Source: a virus
Lineage: Duplodnaviria; Caudoviricetes
IMG/VR virus record: IMGVR_UViG_2756170199_000004
Span: 6,382 to 70,381 of that record
DNA length: 64,000 nucleotides
Strand: one strand, 5' to 3'
Shown: positions 1 to 9,376 of the stretch, in pieces
Position numbering within the stretch: the first letter of the stretch is position 1
How the letters are laid out: each line of letters opens with the position of its first letter
Program-made: the position numbers and the translations under genes
Notes under the pieces: model-generated
Databases searched by the model: none
What the model was told of the DNA's origin: nothing
What the model saw: only the letters and a program-made list of their open reading frames with translations

Positions 1-1
1 C

Positions 2-160
2 ATCAGCGCGCACATTGACGCCCTGCTCCACGACCTTGATCTGGTCACGAAGGTAATGGTTAGCGCGAACGATCTCCTGCTTGCATGCGAGATCCGTTCG
101 ACCACTGGCATCAAGGTACAGGAGCCGCCACCGACGTCAACGCAATCAACCATGCAATGA
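2..160 (+). CDS. 3' end of an upstream phage protein (partial)
   Basis: Open frame from base 2 (ISAHIDALLHDLDLVTKVMV...) to TGA at 158-160, 19 bp before the next start. Confidence 0.55.
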   Translation: MSAHIDALLHDLDLVTKVMVSANDLLLACEIRSTTGIKVQEPPPTSTQSTMQ

Positions 161-179
161 CCAACGGAACGGCATCACG

Positions 180-1535
180 ATGGACAAGCGAACTTTCTTC
201 ATGCGGGCGATGGGTGCCCAGGAGTATCGCCGCCGCGCATGGGTGATCTCGGCGTTCAGTCAGACACGTGAAAACCCGGACGCCTGGAAGGCGGACCGGT
301 ACGCGTGGAGAATTGTGCAGACACCGGCTGCACATTTTTTTGTCGATCCGGACCGGGACGACGAGCTTACGCTCATTGACGATGCGATGTCCGGACAGCC
401 TCCCTTCGCCTTTCACGAGGCGATCGAGCTCAAGGCGGGCGAAGTGCCCAATCTGAAGGGCGATATCCGTACGTCTTACGGGAACACGCTCTTCAATTTT
501 CTCGTGCTCGTCTACGCGTTCGGTGATCGCGTCGACTTCCAGCCGGGGCGTGTCAACGCGGAACAGCTTGAGGCACACGTGCTTAGCCGCATGGTCGACG
601 ACCCTGCCCACGATGCGAAGGATTCTTCGCAGCAGGTACAGAAGGGGCCCGCAGCAGCTCGCGAATCGGGCCTCAAGGCGCCGCTTTACGCGAGTGAGTA
701 CGTGAAGTTTTCCAATGCAATGTTCCAGCTCACAGCCTTCACGCAGCTATGTGTGCCTGCCACGACGCGCAAGACGATGCAGGCCGCCCCGGGAATCTTT
801 GAGTTGCGCGACAGGTTGCTCGAAGTGAACCGCGACCGGCTGGATGATCCTGCGGTCGTCGCCGGCATCATGAAAGAGCTCGTGAATTACGACAAGGAAT
901 ATCTGAAAGATGATGAGGGTGCCAACTTCCTGATCACGAAGAAGTCCTGGGACGTGGTACGTACGCGCCTGTTCTCGATGATGGGCATGGAAGCGGGTTT
1001 TGGCGATCTTACGAAAGCAGGCCTCATCCAGACATCGCTTTCCGAAGGGTGGGACATCAGCAAGTTTCCGGCGATGAATGACACGCTGCGCGCGGGTTCC
1101 TACAAGCGCGGCGCGGAAACGGCGCTTGGCGGGGAGCTCGTGAAATGGCTGCTGCGCGTGTCGGCCAATCTCGGCGTCACGCAGGAAGACTGTGGTGCGC
1201 GCCTGGGTCTCGAGATGATGGTGGACGTGGACAACCTCTACAAGCTGCCGGGTTCATCGGTGGTGACCTCGTCCGGCCATGAAAGGATCGAGAGTGAGGA
1301 AGCTGCACGCCGGTACCTTGGCAAAAAGATCATGCTGCGCAGCCCCATGTTCTGCGTGCTGCCAAAAACCGACTATTGCGCGGTGTGCGCCGGCGCACGC
1401 CTTTCCCTTAACCCCACGGCCCTTTCGGTTGCGATCTCTGACTATGGGTCCACGTTTATGGGACTCAGTTTAGGTGCCATGCATGGCAAGACCCTGGAGA
1501 CCTCAAGGATGGACTGGCGCAAATCAATCATCTGA
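180..1535 (+). CDS. Virion RNA polymerase beta'-like subunit (phiKZ gp80-like)
   Basis: AGSYKRGAETALGGELVK, EDCG and LRSPMFC...DYCAVCAG match the beta' C-terminal Zn-binding region; ~450 aa; start moved to ATG 180. Confidence 0.85.
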   Translation: MDKRTFFMRAMGAQEYRRRAWVISAFSQTRENPDAWKADRYAWRIVQTPAAHFFVDPDRDDELTLIDDAMSGQPPFAFHEAIELKAGEVPNLKGDIRTSYGNTLFNFLVLVYAFGDRVDFQPGRVNAEQLEAHVLSRMVDDPAHDAKDSSQQVQKGPAAARESGLKAPLYASEYVKFSNAMFQLTAFTQLCVPATTRKTMQAAPGIFELRDRLLEVNRDRLDDPAVVAGIMKELVNYDKEYLKDDEGANFLITKKSWDVVRTRLFSMMGMEAGFGDLTKAGLIQTSLSEGWDISKFPAMNDTLRAGSYKRGAETALGGELVKWLLRVSANLGVTQEDCGARLGLEMMVDVDNLYKLPGSSVVTSSGHERIESEEAARRYLGKKIMLRSPMFCVLPKTDYCAVCAGARLSLNPTALSVAISDYGSTFMGLSLGAMHGKTLETSRMDWRKSII

Positions 1536-1584
1536 GCGCGCCAGTTCGCGTTCAGGTCGTTCAACCTTCCTTGCGGGAGCCGAG

Positions 1585-2343
1585 ATGAATGATGAACCGG
1601 GAGAAGGCAAAGGGGTGGACCCCTCCGCGGGCGCGGACGACGGCGCGCAGCAGGCTGGACGCGTCACCCAGCCAGCAGATAAGGATACCGCTGCGACCGG
1701 GAAAGACGATGCAGCCGGCACGCAGGACACGAAGCCGACCGGAGCAGACGAGGCATCAAACGCAACTAACGTTCCGGCCGCTGGGCTCCCACGAAAAACG
1801 GCGGTGCGCTCGAGAAAGGAGTCGACCGCGGCCAGCACGACGGCGCCTGCGGTAGCGAGAGATGCCGCAGGAGAGCAGCAGCCACAGGACGCCACCCAGA
1901 AGGAGCAACCCACAGCTGAGGTAACCATCGCCGGCCAGATGATCCTCAACACCATCAACGAATACGCCCAGAAGATGAAACCCGGGCGCCTCGTCACGCA
2001 GGCCGAGGGCATGCGGCAGCAGGTAAGCCTGTGCAACGCCATCTTCGCCGCGATCAACACGCGCGACACGGACTTCAAACCCCTGCTCACCGAGATACTG
2101 GCCATTCTGCATCGCGAGCGCGACGCCGCGTTTCGGGAAACGCATCTGTTCCGCTACTGGGATAGCGTGGCGCTTTCGAAGACCCAGCGGCGCGGGTTCG
2201 AGAAGATCATCACGCTGCTCAAGACGCTTGCGGACCCGAAGACGCGCCAGACGGCGTTACGTCAGGTCGACTTCGAGCGACTTCTGCAGTATGGGCTCAC
2301 CGAAAAAGGTCGCACACGTTTTGCGGCCTACTTTGGAAAGTAG
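1585..2343 (+). CDS. Conserved phiKZ-like protein, probably virion-associated, with low-complexity N-terminus
   Basis: GGGAG RBS before ATG 1585; A/T/D/P-rich N-terminal half and helical C-terminal domain (YAQKMKPG...QQVSL...FRETHLFRY). Confidence 0.65.
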   Translation: MNDEPGEGKGVDPSAGADDGAQQAGRVTQPADKDTAATGKDDAAGTQDTKPTGADEASNATNVPAAGLPRKTAVRSRKESTAASTTAPAVARDAAGEQQPQDATQKEQPTAEVTIAGQMILNTINEYAQKMKPGRLVTQAEGMRQQVSLCNAIFAAINTRDTDFKPLLTEILAILHRERDAAFRETHLFRYWDSVALSKTQRRGFEKIITLLKTLADPKTRQTALRQVDFERLLQYGLTEKGRTRFAAYFGK

Positions 2344-2481
2344 TCCTGAGTGAAACGGTACGGGCAGCAGACGCTTTTACCCATCCTGTGAATCCCCTCG
2401 CCCACCCGGCGGCTGCCGGCATTGCCAGGCATACGCGGTGATGGGCGGGGGTCTATTCCGGTGATGAAGAGGAATCCGACC

Positions 2482-3312
2482 ATGCCTGCCCTTCCCTCAG
2501 GTACCAGCTCCACACAGGCCCAGCAGATCCAGCGGGCGCTCAACGAAAAAACGGGTGCTGCACTCAAGATCGACGGCCAGTTCGGGCCGCTGTCGATCTC
2601 GGCGCTCCAGAAGTACCAGACCCAGATTGGCGTGCCGGTCACCGGCATCTACGATTCCGGCACCCAGGCCATCCTCGGCCCTTTCATGGCGCTCAAATAT
2701 CTGGGCGACAGTTCCTTCCAGCAGGCTGCACAAAAGCTCGGTATCGATGTCGCCACCGTCCGGGCGGTGTGTCAGGTCGAGGCCAAAGGCGCCGGCTTTC
2801 TCGACAACGGCCAGTGCGTCATCCTTTTCGAGCGCGGGCAGCTCTACAAGCAGCTGCAGTCGCAGATGACGGCTGCAAAACTTGGCCAGCTTGTCACCCA
2901 GTACCCGACGCTCATCAATACCAGTGCCGGTGCGTATCTCGGCGGCGCCGCCGAATGGACGCGTCTGACCCAGGCACAGCAGATCATCAAGACGGCCGGT
3001 GTCGACGCTTCGCTCGCCTTGCGCGCCTGCTCCTGGGGGCTCTTCCAGATCATGGGCTACTGGTTTGCGACGCTTGGCTACGCCAGCGTGACCGAGTATG
3101 TGAATGCCATGCAGACGAGCGAGACGCATCAGCTTGATGCGTTCGTGCGCTTCGTGACCAACATGAATGGTGGCGCGATGCTGCGCTACCTGCAAGCGAA
3201 GGACTGGCTGCACTTTGCTTTGCAGTACAACGGCCAGGCTGCGGTCACGATGAACAATTATCCCCAGAAGCTCAAGGATGCCTACTCTGCGCTGGTCAAA
3301 GTGAGCCCGTGA
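2482..3312 (+). CDS. Modular endolysin: peptidoglycan-binding domain + DUF3380-type N-acetylmuramidase
   Basis: N-terminal IDGQFGPLSISALQKYQ...VTGIYDSGT; catalytic region AVCQVEAKGAGF, ILFER, SWGLFQIMG, QLDAFVRF, FALQYNG; GAGGA RBS before ATG 2482. Confidence 0.9.
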   Translation: MPALPSGTSSTQAQQIQRALNEKTGAALKIDGQFGPLSISALQKYQTQIGVPVTGIYDSGTQAILGPFMALKYLGDSSFQQAAQKLGIDVATVRAVCQVEAKGAGFLDNGQCVILFERGQLYKQLQSQMTAAKLGQLVTQYPTLINTSAGAYLGGAAEWTRLTQAQQIIKTAGVDASLALRACSWGLFQIMGYWFATLGYASVTEYVNAMQTSETHQLDAFVRFVTNMNGGAMLRYLQAKDWLHFALQYNGQAAVTMNNYPQKLKDAYSALVKVSP

Positions 3313-4138
3313 TCAACTTCGTGACGAGGACACCAGCGACAAATGCCACGATATACCCGAGCCGGTTCAGATAACGCAGGTAGGTCAGGAAGACTTTTCC
3401 CGGTTGCGATTGCCGGCGCAGATCATGGATGCTGGAGCGCAGATAAGTCACGCGTTTCTGACTTTGTGGAAGCCAGTGGGTGGCGACGCCAGCAACTTCC
3501 AGAATATCCAGCTCCTGAATGTTGGGAAATTCATGTGACGCCAATTCGATGAGTGCCTCGGCTTTCATGGGCTGGGATTCGCCGGCGGCATCGGGTATCC
3601 CGTGTTGCTCCTTGAAGTCAAACTCGATGCCAAACTTCCTGTAGAAATTGTTGCGTCGTATCCGGTTGACTCCGTTGGCATCGCTTGCCAGTAACTGAAT
3701 CGGGTACACATCCAGTTCAGGCTGGTGATGCTTTGCCCAGCGAACCACCTGATTGAAGCAGTACGATCCGATTCGCCATCCCCGAAGAACGGCCTGCTCG
3801 ACTATGACATGACCGTTTGTCAGCTTTACCGTTTGCCATTTAGTCGTGCGGCCACTCATTTCGCAAATCAGGCGCCCATCCGAAGTGTGCGCCACCAGTT
3901 GAAACTCTTCACCATCACTGGACTTGATCACGCGTGTACCAACAGCAACGACGACAGGCTCTGATAATCGTTTCTCGGGGCTGGTTGTGGTCGTTGCTGG
4001 TACGTCTCTTTGCGGATCGCTCGCCCGGATCAGCTGCCAGTGCATGCCTTGTAGTTTGGTACTGTTCAGTGCGACGGGCTCATAAGGGGGAGCATTATCG
4101 TCAATATAAAGCAGCTTGTCCCACAATTGCTGTGCCAT
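3296..4138 (-). CDS. GNAT-family acetyltransferase-like protein with C-terminal hydrophobic anchor
   Basis: LRGWRIGSYCFNQVVRWAK resembles acetyl-CoA motif A; NRIRRNNFYRKFGIEF resembles motif B; C-terminal LGYIVAFVAGVLVTKLI; start uncertain (4138 or 4201). Confidence 0.6.
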   Translation of the reverse strand: MAQQLWDKLLYIDDNAPPYEPVALNSTKLQGMHWQLIRASDPQRDVPATTTTSPEKRLSEPVVVAVGTRVIKSSDGEEFQLVAHTSDGRLICEMSGRTTKWQTVKLTNGHVIVEQAVLRGWRIGSYCFNQVVRWAKHHQPELDVYPIQLLASDANGVNRIRRNNFYRKFGIEFDFKEQHGIPDAAGESQPMKAEALIELASHEFPNIQELDILEVAGVATHWLPQSQKRVTYLRSSIHDLRRQSQPGKVFLTYLRYLNRLGYIVAFVAGVLVTKLITGSL

Positions 4139-4224
4139 TCTTCTTATTCCGATTTTCCTGACAAGGCGACTCCCCGCCAATGATGCGGGTCGCCAGCGCA
4201 CACGACGAATCCGCTTGCCCCGGT

Positions 4225-6045
4225 TTATTCGTCATCTTCCCTTTCAAAGTCCTCTTCCGGGTCTTCTTCCTCCTCGGCGTCTACGTTGCCATAATAAACG
4301 TCGGCTGTATTGCTGTTCAAGACCAGCGAGTACGCCGGGATATCAAACGTCAGCCCTTTCGCACGCGCAAAGGCATCAAGCCATTGATCGAGTGATGGCA
4401 GTCCGAACAGGCCGCATGCGACCTCGATCGCGTTGGTGGCGCCCCCAGAGAGGTTGATGCCCTGCATACGTCGGGTGTGCTCGCTCACCCCGTCGATGCG
4501 GCAAAGCTCGCGCGAGGTGGTTTCCTTGCTGATGTTGAACGTCTCCTCGCCAGTCGGATACGAGCTCAGCGCATCGAGGTCGGCTGAGTGCGCGCGAATC
4601 GATGTGCGCAGCCGCGGCGCTTCTTCGATCAGGCACAGCCCGTTGTCGGCAACCAGGTGTGCCGGCAGCGTGACAATCCAGCCAGAAGCGTTCACCACGT
4701 GCGCGTCGAGTTCGGTTCGCATCGAATCCGAGGTCGTACCGATTACCCGCCCCTTTTCTTCAAGGCAGAAGTAATGCAGCCGGTCGACGAGACGCCGTGG
4801 CTGTGAATTGAAATGGGAGAAGTCAGACCAGCCGGCAAAGCCCGGTAGCGTGAGTTGCAGGTCACGGGTCTCCTCGTCAAGCAGTTCCATCGAGATGCAG
4901 TCGAAGACGTTATAGATCACGTATTCGAGCGGGTGACGGCGCTGCATGAACTGGTGCCAGGAAATACCGGCAAGATGGCCCGCTTCTTCGAAGCGCAGCT
5001 TGTGGATGCGCTCTCCAAACGTCTTCCTGAGGATGGCGTCGAGTGAGTACGACGGATCCTTGCCCTTCTGCGAGCGCAGGTGCCAGTACACGCACATTGC
5101 GTCAATGAAGTAAAAGCTCGATGGGCAGAAGACGGTGTGCCACTGCGCATGTGGGGGGATCGGACTGACCTTTCCTGATGCTGTTACCTTCCTGTTGCTG
5201 CCGACCTTGTAGCGGAAGTGCCGCCAGGCCTCGGGCACGGCGGGATCGCTGAACACATCTTTCGGATCAATGCCGGCACGCGAGAGGCACTCGAGCATCT
5301 TCGGCATGTCGAAGTTGATATTCCAGATCGCGACAAAATCCGGCTTCCACTCATGCGCACGCCTGAAGCAGGCGAGAATGATGTCGACCGGGCGCTCGAC
5401 CAGCACGATATCCCACCGGATCCGACGCTCGATGCAGATGTCACCGGTGTAGCGCACAAGCTTGCGGCGCAGGTCCGGATCCACGTCTTCAATAGCAGTC
5501 CCGGTTCCCACGAAGGACTTCAGGACGGCGGTGACGACGCGCCTGCCGTATGAGAGCGTCGCGATGACGATCTCACCCGTCCCGTTGATCGCGTCTGTTT
5601 CGACGTCGAAGGCGGCGACGCCATACGGTGTGTTGACTGCCGGAAACCGCTCCATGTAGGTCTTGCGGATGACCGAGGTGGACAGCAGGTCGGCGCCGTA
5701 GAGAAAAGGTGAGCGCTTCAGGATGTGCGGGTCGCGCACACCGGGCATGCCGAGCGCCCTCGCAATGGTCGCGCTCTGGTTCGAGCGCGTGCTCTCAAAG
5801 CGGTCAAGCCGCTCGACAAGTTCCCATTCCTTTTTTTCCTTGTGCTTTCTGAACGCCCGTTTCGTGACCCAGAACGGGAAGCGGAAATTCCTGATCATCC
5901 GGATGTGGGGCGTCGTGGACCCGTCCGGGTAATGCGCGACCTCCTTGACGAGGTGGTAGTCATCGCTTTCGCCCTGAGGTGGCGGGCAGTACACCGCGAA
6001 CCGGCACTCCCAGGCGACAGGCTTGCTGCTGGCCGTCGCGGACAT
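4225..6045 (-). CDS. Split family-B DNA polymerase, 3'-5' exonuclease/motif-A subunit (phiKZ gp82-like)
   Basis: ExoI AFDVETD, ExoII WNINFDMP, ExoIII YNVFDC, polymerase motif A DLDALSSYP near the C-terminus with no motifs B/C; GGGAG RBS before ATG 6045. Confidence 0.85.
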   Translation of the reverse strand: MSATASSKPVAWECRFAVYCPPPQGESDDYHLVKEVAHYPDGSTTPHIRMIRNFRFPFWVTKRAFRKHKEKKEWELVERLDRFESTRSNQSATIARALGMPGVRDPHILKRSPFLYGADLLSTSVIRKTYMERFPAVNTPYGVAAFDVETDAINGTGEIVIATLSYGRRVVTAVLKSFVGTGTAIEDVDPDLRRKLVRYTGDICIERRIRWDIVLVERPVDIILACFRRAHEWKPDFVAIWNINFDMPKMLECLSRAGIDPKDVFSDPAVPEAWRHFRYKVGSNRKVTASGKVSPIPPHAQWHTVFCPSSFYFIDAMCVYWHLRSQKGKDPSYSLDAILRKTFGERIHKLRFEEAGHLAGISWHQFMQRRHPLEYVIYNVFDCISMELLDEETRDLQLTLPGFAGWSDFSHFNSQPRRLVDRLHYFCLEEKGRVIGTTSDSMRTELDAHVVNASGWIVTLPAHLVADNGLCLIEEAPRLRTSIRAHSADLDALSSYPTGEETFNISKETTSRELCRIDGVSEHTRRMQGINLSGGATNAIEVACGLFGLPSLDQWLDAFARAKGLTFDIPAYSLVLNSNTADVYYGNVDAEEEEDPEEDFEREDDE

Positions 6046-6163
6046 GGGCTCCCAACCTTTCGTAGATGAATTTCTATGACATGCCGGTGCGGTTCCGCTC
6101 ACCGGCACACGATGGAGGGTGTGCGGGCAGTTTTTCCCGTCTGGCTCGAAGAGGATGCGTACC

Positions 6164-7459
6164 ATGAGGCTGAGAGAACGGGCATTACAGATCGCGAACG
6201 AAGACATCAGCTTCCAGAGCGACGCATTTTTCCGGGAGCTGGCCGCACTGTTCCGGGAGCTGGAAGGTATCGAGCCCGCAAAGATGGCGGACCACGAAGC
6301 GGCTCTGCAATTACCGGCGGTGATTGCGCACTACACCGGGATGAACGTGAAAGTGGCATGGGGCGAAGACGGTCCTTCGGTCACGCCCCCACTGGTGACG
6401 AAGAATCACGTGTTGCTCAACAGGTGGGCGGATCACATCCGGCAGCGTATCTTTCCCAATGTCGATGGCGACAAGATCATTGCAGAGAGCAAAACACTGC
6501 CCGTCGGCCGGGTTGATCGCAGGAATGCCCGCGTTTCAGGCGTGTTCAGTGAGCTTGCGGCAACCCTCTATCTGCCGGTCCGGATCTTCCAGATCAAGCT
6601 GACAGCGGACGAAGTCGCCGCGCTTGTGCTGCATGAGCTCGGGCACGTGTTTGTCTATTTCGAGCTGATCAGCCACACGCTGACGACCAATCAGATCCTC
6701 GCAGGACTGTCGAAGAAACTTGACCAGTCTGCAGGCATCAAGGATCGCGAGGCTGTGCTCGTGAAGGTCAAGTCATTCGCAGAGCTGAAGGAGCTTGACG
6801 CGGAGCTGCTTGCCAGATCGAACGACAGGAAGGTTGTCGAGCTTGTCGTGGTAACCAGCATTGCCCGAGAGCTGCAGTCCGAGCTCGGGATGCCCCGGTT
6901 CGACATGAACAGCTTTGAGACACTGGCTGACCAGTTCGCGGTACGTATGGGGGCTGGCCGTGAGCTGGTGACGGCGCAGGACAAGATCAACAAGGCAGCG
7001 CGCCACGTCAGCTATCGAGGCATGCTCGCCTGGTTCTTTGCAGACGTTCTGAGGGTTATCCAGCTGGTCTCGGTACCGTTTGCTCTCGGCGGCGACATAT
7101 GGCTGTTCCTGATGATTGCCTGGAGCGTCGATCCGGTGAGCGCGTCGGACGATGAAACTGCGGCGTATGGATCTCTCAAGGCCCGGTACGAGCGGATTCG
7201 TGAACAGATGGTCGAAGGTCTGAAGAATGCAGATCTTGATAAGGACGCTGCTTCAGCCTATGCGGAGGATCTGAAGGTGGTCGACGAAATCCTCGCCACG
7301 GTCAGGGACCGCAGGGATCTCTTTGCCTGCGTGGCCGATTTTCTCTCCCCGTCACGACGTCGGCGGAGTTCGCAGGAACAGCTTCAGCGCGAGCTTGAAC
7401 GTATCGCGAACAACGAACTCTTTGTGAAGGCGGCGGCGCTCAGGCAGGCCGCGATCTGA
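6164..7459 (+). CDS. Virion-associated zincin (HExxH) metallopeptidase-like protein (gp83-like)
   Basis: LVLHELGHVF plus FETLADQFAVRMG (M48-like ExxAD) and a hydrophobic segment; core synteny. Confidence 0.7.
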   Translation: MRLRERALQIANEDISFQSDAFFRELAALFRELEGIEPAKMADHEAALQLPAVIAHYTGMNVKVAWGEDGPSVTPPLVTKNHVLLNRWADHIRQRIFPNVDGDKIIAESKTLPVGRVDRRNARVSGVFSELAATLYLPVRIFQIKLTADEVAALVLHELGHVFVYFELISHTLTTNQILAGLSKKLDQSAGIKDREAVLVKVKSFAELKELDAELLARSNDRKVVELVVVTSIARELQSELGMPRFDMNSFETLADQFAVRMGAGRELVTAQDKINKAARHVSYRGMLAWFFADVLRVIQLVSVPFALGGDIWLFLMIAWSVDPVSASDDETAAYGSLKARYERIREQMVEGLKNADLDKDAASAYAEDLKVVDEILATVRDRRDLFACVADFLSPSRRRRSSQEQLQRELERIANNELFVKAAALRQAAI

Positions 7460-7472
7460 CCGGCAGCCCACC

Positions 7473-7934
7473 ATGAAATCCCAATTCGTTTCCTTCCTGA
7501 CCGCGACCAACGCGCAGATCAACGAGATCGAGAACCGCAGCCGCATCGTCGCAACCGCGGTAGCGCTCGCGGTTTCGCGGGTGGTGTCGCTCCCCTCCAC
7601 TGCTGTCGAGGCGCCCGGTACCCATTACAACTTTACGGTGCTGCCTGAGGTGCAGCGCCATATCGGTGAGTTTAACGAAGAGGTTGTCTTCGACGTGCGC
7701 CTGGCTCTCGCGGCCGCGCGTGAGTTCTGGATGCTGCGTTATCACGCTGCCCACGTGGAAGCTTTCGTGCAGATCGATCCGGGCGCGGGCTTCTACGACA
7801 ACCTGATCGGTGTCGCGACATACGTGGACAAGGACAGCTGCTGCTTCAACAACCGGAATCTGGTTGCGATCTATACACTCGCGGGTCAGGCGCTGGGACT
7901 GATCCGGCTCATGCAGGAGCAGGCACATGTTTAA
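7473..7934 (+). CDS. Conserved phiKZ-like virion protein (gp84/85 region)
   Basis: Closely packed in the operon, overlaps the next gene; typical codon usage. Confidence 0.65.
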   Translation: MKSQFVSFLTATNAQINEIENRSRIVATAVALAVSRVVSLPSTAVEAPGTHYNFTVLPEVQRHIGEFNEEVVFDVRLALAAAREFWMLRYHAAHVEAFVQIDPGAGFYDNLIGVATYVDKDSCCFNNRNLVAIYTLAGQALGLIRLMQEQAHV

Positions 7935-9294
7935 CCAGAGCCTGAACGCTGGTATCGACGAAGACTATGACACGGATCTCGATGTCGTGCCGCAGATTGT
8001 CGAGACGATCGGCACGGGCGCACCTCCTGAGGTCGAGGAAGAGGCGGAGGTGATCGCCACAATGGAAGCGCGTATCGAGGATCTGCTGATGCTGCGCGCG
8101 GAAATCTGCAATCAGCGGGGCATGAGCCAGGCTCTCGCAGTTGAGGGGTTGCGCATCATGCCGGAGTTCGGCGGTGGTGTGCCCATGAGCTTTTATACGT
8201 TGAGCCCTGGCAGGACGCGGCTTGCAGTGGCCAGCGAATCCATCGTCGGTGGAATATGGAGTGCCATCAAGTCTGCGCTCGCCGCACTCAGACGTATGAT
8301 CGGAAAATTCTTCAGGTGGCTGACCGGCGCGGCAGACGAAGGCGATCTGGATGGAAATCTCGACAAGGCGTCTGCCGAGACAGAGAAGAACATCGCGGCG
8401 CTGGTAAAGGTGGCCGAAGAACTGCTCAACGCGTTCAAGGCCTCCCGTCAGGGCCGGTACCGCAGTCGCGAAGGCGGCAACGCCGCCAACCTCTCCTTCG
8501 ACCAGATCATCGATTACGTGCAGGGCAGCTCCCGAAACTACTTCTACGGCGTTCAGCCCGGCCCGGAGAAGCTGTTTCTCGACCTGCTCCATAACGGAGA
8601 GTATTCGCGAGCCATCAGGGCAATTGGCGGTCTGTGTGAGGGACTGATTGTCATCATCCGGCAGCGCGCGAACCTGCTGGATTCGATCGTCGAAAAGGAT
8701 TTCAAAAAGCCGGCTCTCGCTGCGGATATGCTGCCCTTGATGGGCGATCTGGAGAAACTGGAGAAGCCGCTGACAGTCCCGTTCGAGGGACGCACGCTGA
8801 CGCTCGATGAGCTCAATGCCCTGCTGCGCGATTTGAGGCACGGTGGCGATCGCAAGCGGGAACGCGACAGGCCGGGCATCGATGAGCTTTACACGGCATT
8901 CTCCCGGATCGAACGACAGCTCACGATCAGCGATTCGATCCGCTCGCTCAGAAAGCTCATTCCGCTAATGGCTGACATGGACCGCCATGTCGGGCAGCTT
9001 GAGTTGATCGTGGAGCATCTTCTCACCCATGTGAAATCAGATGAAGCAAGCGGGATGCTCGGGCCAGCCCTGATGAGGGTGGTCGCCAAACTCGGGAAGG
9101 ATGTCAGCGACCTTGGGGCGCTCGTACACAGCATGCTGGCCTATGCTGGCGATATCCGGCTGACCGCGCGGATGGCAATCCGTCTGGCGAAGGACATCAC
9201 ACACTTTATTGTCGAAAACGTCATCGACGAAAACAATGTGGCGCCACCGGAATGGATAGAACTTGCCGCAAAGCTCGAACGTATCCGTTACTGA
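7927..9294 (+). CDS. Inner-head protein with propeptide and A/S-x-E sites (gp86-like)
   Basis: Acidic N-terminus, ASE-S followed by amphipathic helix GGIWSAIKSALAALRRMIGKFFRWL. Confidence 0.7.
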   Translation: MFNQSLNAGIDEDYDTDLDVVPQIVETIGTGAPPEVEEEAEVIATMEARIEDLLMLRAEICNQRGMSQALAVEGLRIMPEFGGGVPMSFYTLSPGRTRLAVASESIVGGIWSAIKSALAALRRMIGKFFRWLTGAADEGDLDGNLDKASAETEKNIAALVKVAEELLNAFKASRQGRYRSREGGNAANLSFDQIIDYVQGSSRNYFYGVQPGPEKLFLDLLHNGEYSRAIRAIGGLCEGLIVIIRQRANLLDSIVEKDFKKPALAADMLPLMGDLEKLEKPLTVPFEGRTLTLDELNALLRDLRHGGDRKRERDRPGIDELYTAFSRIERQLTISDSIRSLRKLIPLMADMDRHVGQLELIVEHLLTHVKSDEASGMLGPALMRVVAKLGKDVSDLGALVHSMLAYAGDIRLTARMAIRLAKDITHFIVENVIDENNVAPPEWIELAAKLERIRY

Positions 9295-9297
9295 TCG

Positions 9298-9341
9298 CAT
9301 GCCACCGCGGTGCGCGCTGCATTGCGCACCGCGGTGGCATG
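9298..9341. terminator. Perfect 18-bp hairpin between convergent operons
   Basis: CATGCCACCGCGGTGCGC - 8 nt loop - GCGCACCGCGGTGGCATG; no U-tract. Confidence 0.65.
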
Positions 9342-9376
9342 TATGCCCGCAATCGATGACCGTCGCGTGCGCGAGC

